Positions 1 through 9,074 of a DNA stretch of 64,000 nt are shown piece by piece (within the stretch, counting starts at the first letter, position 1; each line of letters begins with the position of its first letter). The notes beneath the pieces are model-generated. The model was not told the DNA's origin and searched no databases. It worked only from the letters and a program-made list of their open reading frames with translations. The position numbers were made by a program, and so were the translations under genes. The stretch is taken from assembly GCA_039811685.1 (NCBI GenBank), contig JBDHZC010000002.1, forward strand, positions 480,001 through 544,000. The letters run 5' to 3'. Origin of the DNA: Armatimonadota bacterium. Its GTDB lineage: Bacteria > Armatimonadota > UBA5829 > DSUL01.

Positions 1-378
1 ACATCAACGGAAGATGTCACTCTGTGGAACTGCGGACATCCGCCGGCGCTGGTGTGGAAAGCCTCCACTGAGGAGGTGCGCGCCATCGAGCATTTTAATT
101 CGGGGCTCGGCTTTCTGCCCGAGTGGAGCGGACTCCCCACGAGCGTGAAGTTAGGTGAAGGCGACGTCCTGCTGCTTTATACAGACGGCCTGACCGAAGC
201 GAGAAACGTTGGGAGGGAGTGTTTCGACACCGAGCGCGCGTGCAATCTGCTGCGAAAGAGTGCGCACAAAAGCGCTCAGGAGATCGCTTCTTCTATTGCC
301 AGCGATGTGCACTTGTGGGGCAGTGTTGTTGACGACATGACTATCATTGTCTGCAAGCGCATCCTCAGCGTTGCCTGA
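1..378 (+). CDS. PP2C/SpoIIE-type Ser/Thr phosphatase domain protein, C-terminal part (5' end outside window)
   Basis: Frame is open from base 1. It contains the PP2C motifs NCGHPP, GDVLLLYTDGLTEA and DDMTII. Confidence 0.88.
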   Translation, partial: TSTEDVTLWNCGHPPALVWKASTEEVRAIEHFNSGLGFLPEWSGLPTSVKLGEGDVLLLYTDGLTEARNVGRECFDTERACNLLRKSAHKSAQEIASSIASDVHLWGSVVDDMTIIVCKRILSVA

Positions 379-381
379 CTG

Positions 382-1917
382 TCAGCGCCCGCCCAGCCAC
401 ACAACCAGCTTGCTCAGCGCCAGATTCCCGTCGGAAGCGCGCAGCCGAAGGTCTTTTTCAGCAACTGACAGGTTCGTCTCAAAGCGCAAATCTCTCAGAC
501 GCATTTGAGCTGTTTTCCACCGGCGGGTATTGTGGCGATCGAAACTCGCAGATGACTCAAAAGCGCTACCGTTCCAGTTGTAGTCCACAGTCACGGTCCC
601 GCCGCCCTGATCGAAGTAGGTAACCGCGATGTCCACCACATCAATGCGAGTACTTCCGCGGCTTTCCTGAAGAATTGGGCTGTCTTCGATGTCGAGATAG
701 ATGTACGGAAACTCTGGAGTTGTCTTCTTGCACTCGATGCCCGCCATCGAATCTGGCTGTGGGCGACACAGCGGCAGGTACGGCTCTCGAGGGTGGCAGG
801 ACAGGATACCGTTGAACTCATCCTCAAAAACAGGACTGTAGTCCGGGTCGTGATAGCGCGGGCGCATCTGCGCAAAGCGGATGTACAGCGGGCCGGCCTG
901 CCTGTACGACTTCATACCCAGATGCTGCGCCGCCCATTCGATATCCCTTCGCATCTCTGGCTTGCACAGGTCCGTTTCGTAAATCCAGAGATAGTCCGGA
1001 CAGTCCAGTAAAGCCCGATTGATCGAAGACCGAAAGGTGGCCTTCTCCCAGCCCCAGGGCTCGCTGGTCGCCACACCCTGCTCGTAGATGCGCCTGGTCT
1101 TTCCGATGGTGTTAATAAAGATGCGGCTGAAGTGCTCGTGATCTGTGTAGGAGTAGTGAGCGCCCCAGCCGTTCTGCTTCAGATACAGCCCGTGCCGCAC
1201 TGCAAACTCCGCAAGCTCATAGCCGATCACTTTGCGGTCCTGCGTGTGCGCATCCGGGCCGCCGATACTGATTGACAGGACAAGCGGGGTGCGTTTGAGA
1301 GCGTTCATAAAGACTCGCGCCATCCGTTTGCAGTGCTCAATATAGTGAGCATGAGTGTACCCCAGCTCCTGCCAGCGCTTTGACATCTGCTCGTTGTCTG
1401 TGTGAACGTAGGTTTCTTCCCAGCGGCCAACCCCGCCAATCTGCACAAACTCAATGCCCGGATTCCCGTCGTAACGCCGAGCCAGCGCACTAACCATCTC
1501 CGAATACTTCTGTACGAAAACAGGATTCCAGAACACCGGAAACACTATGTTCGAAGCGCTGAACTCATTTGAGTCCACTTTTGGAACGCGGTATCTGTCA
1601 AACACCCAGTCTGGCGTGGCGCTGTTTTCGTTGCACGCGCTCATAATGCGAATGACAACTTTCTTTCCCGCGCTAACCCAGGGCCGCATCGTCTCATCAA
1701 TCAGCTTCCAGTTGTAGCGCCCCTCCTCCGGCTCAATCTCCCGCCATTCGAACAACAGCTCTTTACCGGCGACAAGTGGGTCGCCGAGAGCGCAGTCCGA
1801 GCCGCGCGGAAATCCGCCGAAGAGGAAAATGCCGCCACCACTGCGAGCACTGGCGACACTGCACGAGGCGAGTAACAGAATCCAGACAGCAAGCATTGGA
1901 AGGAGTTGGGTCTTCAT
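382..1917 (-). CDS. Secreted glycoside hydrolase-like TIM-barrel protein (GH42/DUF4832-like) with C-terminal beta-sandwich
   Basis: Signal peptide, FEWREIEPEEGRYNW motif, PVFWNPVF..Y..MVSALARRYDG and GRWEE, followed by a CBM-like tail. Confidence 0.65.
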   Translation of the reverse strand: MKTQLLPMLAVWILLLASCSVASARSGGGIFLFGGFPRGSDCALGDPLVAGKELLFEWREIEPEEGRYNWKLIDETMRPWVSAGKKVVIRIMSACNENSATPDWVFDRYRVPKVDSNEFSASNIVFPVFWNPVFVQKYSEMVSALARRYDGNPGIEFVQIGGVGRWEETYVHTDNEQMSKRWQELGYTHAHYIEHCKRMARVFMNALKRTPLVLSISIGGPDAHTQDRKVIGYELAEFAVRHGLYLKQNGWGAHYSYTDHEHFSRIFINTIGKTRRIYEQGVATSEPWGWEKATFRSSINRALLDCPDYLWIYETDLCKPEMRRDIEWAAQHLGMKSYRQAGPLYIRFAQMRPRYHDPDYSPVFEDEFNGILSCHPREPYLPLCRPQPDSMAGIECKKTTPEFPYIYLDIEDSPILQESRGSTRIDVVDIAVTYFDQGGGTVTVDYNWNGSAFESSASFDRHNTRRWKTAQMRLRDLRFETNLSVAEKDLRLRASDGNLALSKLVVWLGGR

Positions 1918-1997
1918 AGCGGGTAGTTAAGTCTAACAGCTTCATCTGCCGCATGACAATCGGACTGGCGGCGGTTTTACAGAGCGAGGAATCAGCG

Positions 1998-3470
1998 ATG
2001 CGAATTCTGTACATAGACGTCGACTGCATGCGGCCGGACCATCTCGGATGCTACGGCTATCATCGCGACACAAGTCCCAACATTGACGCGGTCGCTGCGC
2101 GGGGGACACGCTGTGAAAACTTCTACGCCTCAGACGCTCCCTGCCTGCCCTCCCGGACTGCGCTCTTCAGCGGACGCCTCGGGATCCACACCGGCGTCAT
2201 CAACCACGGAGGCCTCCAGGCGGACATGCGCCCGCAGGGTGAGCGGAGGGGCTTCAGCAATATGTCTGGGCCGTGCATTTCGTGGATGACGGCGCTGCGC
2301 AAGGCTGGGCTGTACACAGCGACGGTCAGCCCGTTCCCAACGCGTCACGCGGCATGGTTTTTTCTGGATGGTTTCCGGGAGTGGATGGATACGGGCGGCG
2401 GAGGGCTGGACCGCGCTGATGAGGTCACTCCCACTGCGCTGAAATGGCTGAAAGACCACGCCCGTGAGGATAACTGGTTTCTCCACGTGAACTACTGGGA
2501 CCCGCACACGCCGTACAGAACGCCGCTGGAATATGGCAATCCCTTTGCGGACGATGCGCCGCCGGGATGGCTGACGCAGGAGACTATAGACGCACAGCGC
2601 CAAAGCTACGGCCCGCACAGCGCGCGCGACCTGTACGAATATGGACCCTTCGATACGGCAAAGTGGCCGCGCGTACCCGCCGAAATCGCCACGCTTGCGG
2701 ACTGGAAGAAGTGGATTGACGGTTATGACACGGGTATCCGCTACGCTGACGACGATATCGGCCGTGTCCTGAATCTGCTGGCGGACGAAGGCGTCCTGGA
2801 TGAGACGGTGATTATCATCTCAGCCGACCACGGCGAAAACCAGGGCGAGTTGAACGTGTACGGGGACCATCAGACCGCCGACCACTGGACATGCCGCGTG
2901 CCCCTTATTGTCGCAGGGCCCGAGATTCAGCAGGGGCATGTAGATTCTGGGCTGCACTACCAGCTTGACCTCGCGCCCACAGTAACAAACCTGGTTGGCG
3001 GAGTCTGCGGCGAGATGTGGGACGGCGAAAGCTTTCTGCCAGCCCTCACAGGAGAAGTCACCTCTTCTGAGACTTCGCGACAGTATCTTGTCGTCAGCCA
3101 GGGCGCATGGGCGTGCCAGCGCTCCGTGAGATGGGATCGCTGGATGTTGATCCGGACCTATCACGACGGTCTGAAAGACTTCCCGGAGTCTATGCTCTTC
3201 GATCTGCGGGACGACCCTCACGAAGAGCGCGACCTGGCTTCTCAAAAGCCTGAGATCGTTGAGCAGGGGCTGAGCTATCTGAACAGCTGGTACGAGGCCA
3301 TGATGGCCGTTTCTCCAGACTCAGAAGACCCGATGTGGGAAGTAATTCAGGAGGGTGGCCCGTTCCACACACGCGGCCGCCTGGAGCGCTACGCCGGGAT
3401 TCTGGAGGATACAGGCCGCTTGGAAGCAGCCGAGAGAATGCGCGGCCGGCATGCAAAGTTTGCGAAGTGA
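1998..3470 (+). CDS. Cys-type sulfatase
   Basis: MRILYIDVDCMRPDHLG N-terminus, CLPSR (CxPxR) signature, DPHTPY and SADHGE motifs. ATG 1998 follows GAGG. Confidence 0.92.
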   Translation: MRILYIDVDCMRPDHLGCYGYHRDTSPNIDAVAARGTRCENFYASDAPCLPSRTALFSGRLGIHTGVINHGGLQADMRPQGERRGFSNMSGPCISWMTALRKAGLYTATVSPFPTRHAAWFFLDGFREWMDTGGGGLDRADEVTPTALKWLKDHAREDNWFLHVNYWDPHTPYRTPLEYGNPFADDAPPGWLTQETIDAQRQSYGPHSARDLYEYGPFDTAKWPRVPAEIATLADWKKWIDGYDTGIRYADDDIGRVLNLLADEGVLDETVIIISADHGENQGELNVYGDHQTADHWTCRVPLIVAGPEIQQGHVDSGLHYQLDLAPTVTNLVGGVCGEMWDGESFLPALTGEVTSSETSRQYLVVSQGAWACQRSVRWDRWMLIRTYHDGLKDFPESMLFDLRDDPHEERDLASQKPEIVEQGLSYLNSWYEAMMAVSPDSEDPMWEVIQEGGPFHTRGRLERYAGILEDTGRLEAAERMRGRHAKFAK

Positions 3471-3550
3471 GTGAGACTCACACGCGTACTGCGAGATTGC
3501 CACAGCTGAATCCAGCGAGATTCCCCGCAGCAGCGGGCGACATCTGACAT

Positions 3551-5260
3551 CTACTCCGGGTGCAGATGAGCGGGTCTGGCCTTGGCCTGTATTCGGGCGA
3601 GAGTCCCAGGCTCAACTCCGGCGATGATGACAGACACGCGATCGCCAGCCCGGAGCCGTGTGCTGCCACTGGGGACCAGTTCAGTGCCGCCGCGGTCAAT
3701 TGTGACCACCAGACACCCCGGAGGCAAGCCCAGATCGCGCACGCGCTTGCTCTGCATCTCCGACTCCGGCTCCACAGCAAAGTCCACCAGAATCGGCTCA
3801 CTGTGGTCGGCAGCCTTCATACCCGTCCTGCGCAGATCCTGCTCAAGCATTGCCTCGTACACGGGCTTGTCACCGAGATGCTCTGCTACAACGTAAGCCG
3901 TCAAGCATGCCACCAGAAGCGCAAATAGCTGCTGCTGGTTCCCTGTCATCTCCAGAATCAGGACGATACCGGTGAGCGGAGCGCGGATGCTGGCGGCGAA
4001 GAACGCCGCCATTCCCACCACAGAGAATGCGGCGGGAGTCTGCGCGAGATCTGGAAAGAAAATGGCGCTTGCCTGCCCTACGATCAACCCGAGGATAGCG
4101 CCCAGCACCAGCAGGGGAGCAAAAATTCCCCCAGGCACCCCTGTTCCGTAGCTGAAGACAGTAAGCGCGAACTTCACCGCAAAAAGCAGGACCAGAAACG
4201 ACAGAAGGTGGGCGCCGGCGAAGCGCCCCTGAAGGATTTGCTCCGCAACATTGTGACCGCCTCCCACTGCCAGAGGCACCCACCATGCCGTTGCGGCGGC
4301 AACGGCGCCCATAGTAGCGGCGGCAAACCACGGAGGCTGTTTCCAGGACCGAAAGAAGCTGGTACACCACAGCAGGCACCGGTTGTAATAGACGCCTCCA
4401 AGACCGGTTAGAAGCCCGACGACGCCGAAGAGCGGCAGCGCCGTGAGAGGGGCTGTTGGATAGCCCTGTATGTGAAAGGATGGCAGTTGTCCGGTGAGGG
4501 CGCGCGTAATTGCGACAGCGGTCACAGCAGCGACAAAGGATGTGCCGTAGGTCAGCGCTGAGAGTTCGCGCTGGAGCTCCTCGATAACGAAGAGAAAACC
4601 CGCCAGCGGCGCATTGAAGACAGCCGCCAGTCCCGCCCCAGCCCCGCACGCTATCAGGCTGGGCTGGACGCGGCGAGGCAACTTCAAAACGTCACTGAAG
4701 GCCTTACCAAAGCATGCGCCTATCTGTACGGCCGGGCCTTCCCTGCCCAGAGACATACCAGCCCCGATAGCCAGAACTCCCGCGACGAACTTCACTGGCA
4801 GGATCCGCTTCCAGTTGAGCTCCCGCAGATGGAGAAGCACTCCTTTGATGTGCGGGATTCCGCTTCCGCCCGCCTCCGGGGCGTAGCGCGCGGTGATCTC
4901 TCCGGCAATACCCGCCATAACAAACCCGCAGCAGGGAAGAACCATCCATCCCCACGCCGGATGAGTCTTGAGCCAGAGCAGCGCATGTGTGCGCAGCGTC
5001 TCTGCGTAGAACAAAGACACCTCAAACGCCACTCCGGCAAATCCGGCCAGAGCACCGACACCGGCGGCCCGGGCAAGCTGGATGCGCCTGCGCGCGCGCA
5101 GGAGGCTGGTACGCCTGCGCTCCCGCTCTCCGCGCAGAACCGCCTCGGCGCTCTGCTCCGCCATGCGCGATTCTCCTGTGAGAGATTCGCCTGCCAGTTC
5201 GTTTATGCTCAACTCATCCTTGGGAGTTGCGCTCTTTTGGTCTTCGGACTCAGACATCAC
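3551..5260 (-). CDS. clcA: ClC-family H+/Cl- exchange transporter with C-terminal TrkA-C/RCK_C domain
   Basis: GSGIP, GREGP (gating Glu), FVIEE, PGGIFAP and PVYEAML motifs, plus a C-terminal LGLPPGCLVVTIDRG..VPSGST.L..GD domain. Confidence 0.92.
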   Translation of the reverse strand: MMSESEDQKSATPKDELSINELAGESLTGESRMAEQSAEAVLRGERERRRTSLLRARRRIQLARAAGVGALAGFAGVAFEVSLFYAETLRTHALLWLKTHPAWGWMVLPCCGFVMAGIAGEITARYAPEAGGSGIPHIKGVLLHLRELNWKRILPVKFVAGVLAIGAGMSLGREGPAVQIGACFGKAFSDVLKLPRRVQPSLIACGAGAGLAAVFNAPLAGFLFVIEELQRELSALTYGTSFVAAVTAVAITRALTGQLPSFHIQGYPTAPLTALPLFGVVGLLTGLGGVYYNRCLLWCTSFFRSWKQPPWFAAATMGAVAAATAWWVPLAVGGGHNVAEQILQGRFAGAHLLSFLVLLFAVKFALTVFSYGTGVPGGIFAPLLVLGAILGLIVGQASAIFFPDLAQTPAAFSVVGMAAFFAASIRAPLTGIVLILEMTGNQQQLFALLVACLTAYVVAEHLGDKPVYEAMLEQDLRRTGMKAADHSEPILVDFAVEPESEMQSKRVRDLGLPPGCLVVTIDRGGTELVPSGSTRLRAGDRVSVIIAGVEPGTLARIQAKARPAHLHPE

Positions 5261-5418
5261 TCAGGGGACTTTTTGGCACAAAAAGCAGGCATGAGCCACG
5301 CCATCACGGAGCGCTGGGCTATGTTGTGCGTCGCCGGCGTGAGAATTTGGGATAAACTCAGTGAGGGTTTCGTCACGCACGGGCGTGGCTTCTCGCCCTG
5401 GAATGTAGAGGAATGGAT

Positions 5419-6057
5419 ATGTTGAAGAAAGCTTTGATACTTCCGGTCTGCGCGGGGCTGTGTCTGGGCGCATCGGTCGCGCAGGTACAGGGCGATGGCG
5501 CCACCGCGCCTCCTGCTCCGGCCAGTAATCGAATGATGCAGATGCGCCCCGCTGTCATAAAGGCGCTCGCGGTTCTGCACCCCACAGAGGGCAACAAGGC
5601 GCATGGCACGGTCGTCTTTACGAGAGAAGGCGCAAAAGTTCGCGTGGTCGCTGACGTTGACGGCCTTCAACCAAACAGCAAGCACGGATTTCACATCCAT
5701 GAGTTTGGTGACTGCAGCTCTGGGGACGGGATGAGCGCGGGCGGGCACTTCAATCCGATGGGCCATCAGCACGCCGGGCCGTCAACCGAGCTGCGGCACT
5801 CCGGCGACATGGGCAACCTTCAGGCCGACGCCAACGGACATGCGCACCTGGACATCACCCTGGACAACATCACTCTCGGAATGGGGCCCACGAACATCCT
5901 GGGACGTGGAGTGATTGTCCACGCGCAGGAAGATGACTTCGCGACGCAGCCGACAGGTAACGCGGGTGGCCGAATTGCCTGTGGGGTGATCGGGATCGCC
6001 AAAGACGGGATTCAAAAACCAGCCACGCCCAGCGCTCCTGCTGCGAAACCCCAGTAG
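5419..6057 (+). CDS. sodC: Periplasmic Cu/Zn superoxide dismutase
   Basis: Signal peptide, HGFHIHE, SAGGHFNP, RHSGDMGN and GNAGGRIACGVI motifs. ATG 5413 is an alternative start. Confidence 0.96.
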   Translation: MLKKALILPVCAGLCLGASVAQVQGDGATAPPAPASNRMMQMRPAVIKALAVLHPTEGNKAHGTVVFTREGAKVRVVADVDGLQPNSKHGFHIHEFGDCSSGDGMSAGGHFNPMGHQHAGPSTELRHSGDMGNLQADANGHAHLDITLDNITLGMGPTNILGRGVIVHAQEDDFATQPTGNAGGRIACGVIGIAKDGIQKPATPSAPAAKPQ

Positions 6058-6194
6058 TTTTGAGGCCGCGCCTGCGCTGAGAAGACGCCGCTGAAACCGG
6101 CTCTGGGGCGTGGCCCAGCAAGCCTGCACTACGGACAGTGGAGAAGACCCAGAATACTGTCTCAAGAAAGCTGCAAATCTTCCCGATACAGGTG

Positions 6195-6220
6195 TTGAAA
6201 GGCTTCCAATCTGGTATAAT
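6195..6220 (+). promoter_or_regulatory. Putative sigma70 promoter with extended -10 (TGGTATAAT)
   Basis: Perfect TATAAT at 6215-6220 preceded by TG-n. TTGAAA lies 14 nt upstream, which is non-optimal spacing. Confidence 0.55.
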
Positions 6221-6300
6221 ACAGATGAAGCTGACGGAGCGGAGCCGGAGCCGAAGCTTCCTTCTCTAACACGGAGAGATCCGGATAAGAAGAGGAGAGA

Positions 6301-6399
6301 ATGCTTGAGGATATCTTCCGGCGAGCTACCCGGATTGGATGGTCAAAGGGGATAGACCCGGGGCGTTCAGGCTGCAGGCTCACTAGCGGTCTTCAATAG
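6301..6399 (+). CDS. Putative 32-aa small protein MLEDIFRRATRIGWSKGIDPGRSGCRLTSGLQ
   Basis: ATG directly follows purine-rich AAGAGGAGAGA, about 75 nt after the promoter. It is too short for the ORF track, and I recognise no homology. Confidence 0.3.
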   Translation: MLEDIFRRATRIGWSKGIDPGRSGCRLTSGLQ

Positions 6400-6885
6400 G
6401 GAAGCCGCGGAGGTGGAGTCTGGCAATCGGCAACGGACGCGCAGACCGGAGCAGGTCTTCCCAAATGTCACGCTGCATATAGCGAAAAGACTCTTACGAT
6501 CCGGGGTCAGCGAGGGAGCGCCAGGCATCCAAGCGCCTTACGCAACCTGTAAGCGCAAAGATGCGTACGCCGGGACGGACCACAATCCGAACCCCGTAGA
6601 ATATAAGGAGTGACCACCTATGCGACCTGTTGTAGGCTGGCCAGACAGATTTCTGTTCATTTGAACATGGTGGGGCGGCCGTGGCTGCTCCACCGTATGA
6701 CGGACAAGCGCCAGCCTCGGCGCTTGAGTCCGTTCACTGATTGTAAAGATGATATACGGCCGGAGAACGCGCCTGAGAAGGCTTCTCCGGCCGCTTTCGT
6801 GTACGCACCTTGCGCGGGAATGTCGCAGGAACTCTCCTGCCTTCCAGACAAGAGGCTCTTGCCGAATCCTCGGATGAGCCATTGA

Positions 6886-8364
6886 ATGAACACACCCGCT
6901 ACCACAAAGCCTGACTACCGCGCTCGTGTGCTCCTGCTTGTTGGGGTCTCTGCGGCTGCGCGCATGATTATGGCGGCGCATCTGCCGCTCGGCGATGATG
7001 AGGCGTTTTACTGGCTGTGGGCGCAACACCCGGCTGCGTGCTATTTCGATCACCCCGGAATGATTGCGTGGCTTGTGCGCCTGTCCTGCGAAGTCTTTGG
7101 AGACACAGCCCTTGCCGTGCGCCTGCCGGCTATTGTGGCTGGCGGCATTTCAACGTGGCTGATGTTTCTCCTCGGCCGGCGTCTCTTCAGTGATCTGACA
7201 GGCTGGTGGGCGGCGATCGGTTTCACCGTGATTCCGATCTATGCGCTGGGCTCGGTGCTGGTGGCCTGTGACGCGCCGATGGGCGTTTTCTGGCTTCTCG
7301 CGACTCTGGCGGTCGCGGAAACGTGTCTGTTCGGAAGGCGCGCGTGGTGGTACGTGGCGGGGTTGTGTGTGGGACTGGCGCTTGACTCCAAGTACGTCGC
7401 TGTGCTCTTGCCGTCGTCAATGCTTGCGTTTCTTCTCACTGGACGCACCGCGCGTCAGGAACTCCGGCGCAAGGAGATCTACATTGCGCTTGGGATCGCG
7501 GCGCTGGTTTTTTCTCCGGTATTTCTCTGGAACGCCGAGCATCACTGGGCAAGCTTTGTCTTTAATCTGACGGGGCGTCACGGCTCAGGGCGCCTGCGTC
7601 TGGTCAGCTTTGCGGAAATGCTGGGGTCTCAGATGTTGGCGCTATCTCCACTCGTGCTGTTCAGCCTTGTGGCGGCATTGGCGCGAAGCGCAAGAATGCG
7701 GCGCGGCAACGCGCGTTTTCGCCTGCTGTTCTGGTGCTCAGTGGTGACGCTGGCGCTGTTCTGGGGTAGCAGTATAGTCGTGCGGATGAAGCCGCACTGG
7801 CCAGCGCCGGGCTACCTGACGCTGATTGTCGCCGCGTGCGCTCTGGGGGCGGGAGTTGGTGGACGCAAGGCGCAGCAGGCGTGGCTCTGGTCAACCCTTG
7901 CGGTAGCCCTGCTCTTCACCACGCTGCTGCATGTGCAGGCGTTCTACCGCGTTTTGCCGCTTGGCGCAAAGGACGATAACACGAACGATCTGTACGGATG
8001 GGACAGGGTCACCCCAGTGGTGCGGCGGGAAATGGAGACTATCCAGCGAGAGACCGGACGGCCAGCTTACCTGTTTGCCGACAGATACCAGTTTGCCGCG
8101 CAGCTTGCATGGAATCTGAAAGCTCCCTACAAAGCGTTCTCTCTCGACCCGCAACTTGACCAGTTTGATTTCTGGATCAAGTCCAAGCAGCTCTTAGGGT
8201 CAAGCGGCGTCTTTGTGCGGGAAGACCGCCGGGAGGCCAAACCTGAGGCCACCGCGGCCTTCGCCTCCGTCCGGGAGATCGCCCGAGTTCCGGTTTACAG
8301 GCAGGGCAAACAGGTTCGCGAGTTTCAAATCTTGCGTGTCAATGACCTGAGGAAGATACCGTGA
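6886..8364 (+). CDS. GT-C fold glycosyltransferase (PMT_2/ArnT-like, GT39/GT83-type)
   Basis: DDEAFYWLW, YFDHPGM, LDSKY and PVFLWNA motifs with multiple TM helices. Confidence 0.88.
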   Translation: MNTPATTKPDYRARVLLLVGVSAAARMIMAAHLPLGDDEAFYWLWAQHPAACYFDHPGMIAWLVRLSCEVFGDTALAVRLPAIVAGGISTWLMFLLGRRLFSDLTGWWAAIGFTVIPIYALGSVLVACDAPMGVFWLLATLAVAETCLFGRRAWWYVAGLCVGLALDSKYVAVLLPSSMLAFLLTGRTARQELRRKEIYIALGIAALVFSPVFLWNAEHHWASFVFNLTGRHGSGRLRLVSFAEMLGSQMLALSPLVLFSLVAALARSARMRRGNARFRLLFWCSVVTLALFWGSSIVVRMKPHWPAPGYLTLIVAACALGAGVGGRKAQQAWLWSTLAVALLFTTLLHVQAFYRVLPLGAKDDNTNDLYGWDRVTPVVRREMETIQRETGRPAYLFADRYQFAAQLAWNLKAPYKAFSLDPQLDQFDFWIKSKQLLGSSGVFVREDRREAKPEATAAFASVREIARVPVYRQGKQVREFQILRVNDLRKIP

Positions 8365-9074
8365 AGGCAGTCATTCTGGCTGCGGGCCGCGGAACGCGCC
8401 TCGGCGCGCTGACGCAAGAGGTTCCAAAGCCAATGCTGGAAGTCGCCGGAAAGCCGCTGCTGTCCTGGATTCTGGAAGGTCTGCAGGCAGCGGGAGCAAC
8501 CGAGTGCTGGGCTGTTGTCGGCTACCTGGGGGAGCGCATACGGCGGTATTACGGCGACTCTCTGTCCTACATCCAGCAGACTGAGATTAGCGGAACAGGC
8601 GGGGCGCTGCAGCTTGCGGAGGAGCATGTTAACGAGCCGTTCATGGCCTGTTTCGCGGATATTCTGCTGCATCCTGTCTGGCACTACGCGCAGATGGCCC
8701 GGCTCTTCCAGACTGCGCAGCCTCAAGCCCTGCTGGCGGCAAACGCTGTTGAAGACCCGTGCGTCGGCGCGGCTGTGTACTTTGACCAGACACAGCGCAT
8801 CACGCAAATTGTTGAAAAGCCCGCTCCGGGAACTTCCTCCACCCGCTACAATCAGGCGGGTTGCTTTGTTTTCACACCCGATATCTTCCATGCCCTGCGC
8901 CAGATCCAGCCGAGTCCGCGCGGTGAGCTGGAGTTGACCGCAGCCCTCAACTATATGCTGTCCCAAAATCTGGAGTTGATGGCCTATCCACTGCCGGAAC
9001 AGGACTGGATTGACATCGGAACTCCTGATCTGCTGCAGAACGCGCGCCACAAACTGAGTGGAGAGCAGCATTGA
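8361..9074 (+). CDS. Sugar-1-phosphate nucleotidyltransferase (NTP_transferase)
   Basis: MKAVILAAGRGTRL..LT..VPKPML, SPRGELELT and WIDIGT motifs. The GTG start overlaps the upstream TGA. Confidence 0.93.
   Translation: MKAVILAAGRGTRLGALTQEVPKPMLEVAGKPLLSWILEGLQAAGATECWAVVGYLGERIRRYYGDSLSYIQQTEISGTGGALQLAEEHVNEPFMACFADILLHPVWHYAQMARLFQTAQPQALLAANAVEDPCVGAAVYFDQTQRITQIVEKPAPGTSSTRYNQAGCFVFTPDIFHALRQIQPSPRGELELTAALNYMLSQNLELMAYPLPEQDWIDIGTPDLLQNARHKLSGEQH

Noticed and set aside
6227..6300. GAAGCTGAC start reminiscent of RNase P RNA
   Set aside because: The universally conserved GAGGAAAGTCC core and the 3' motif are absent.
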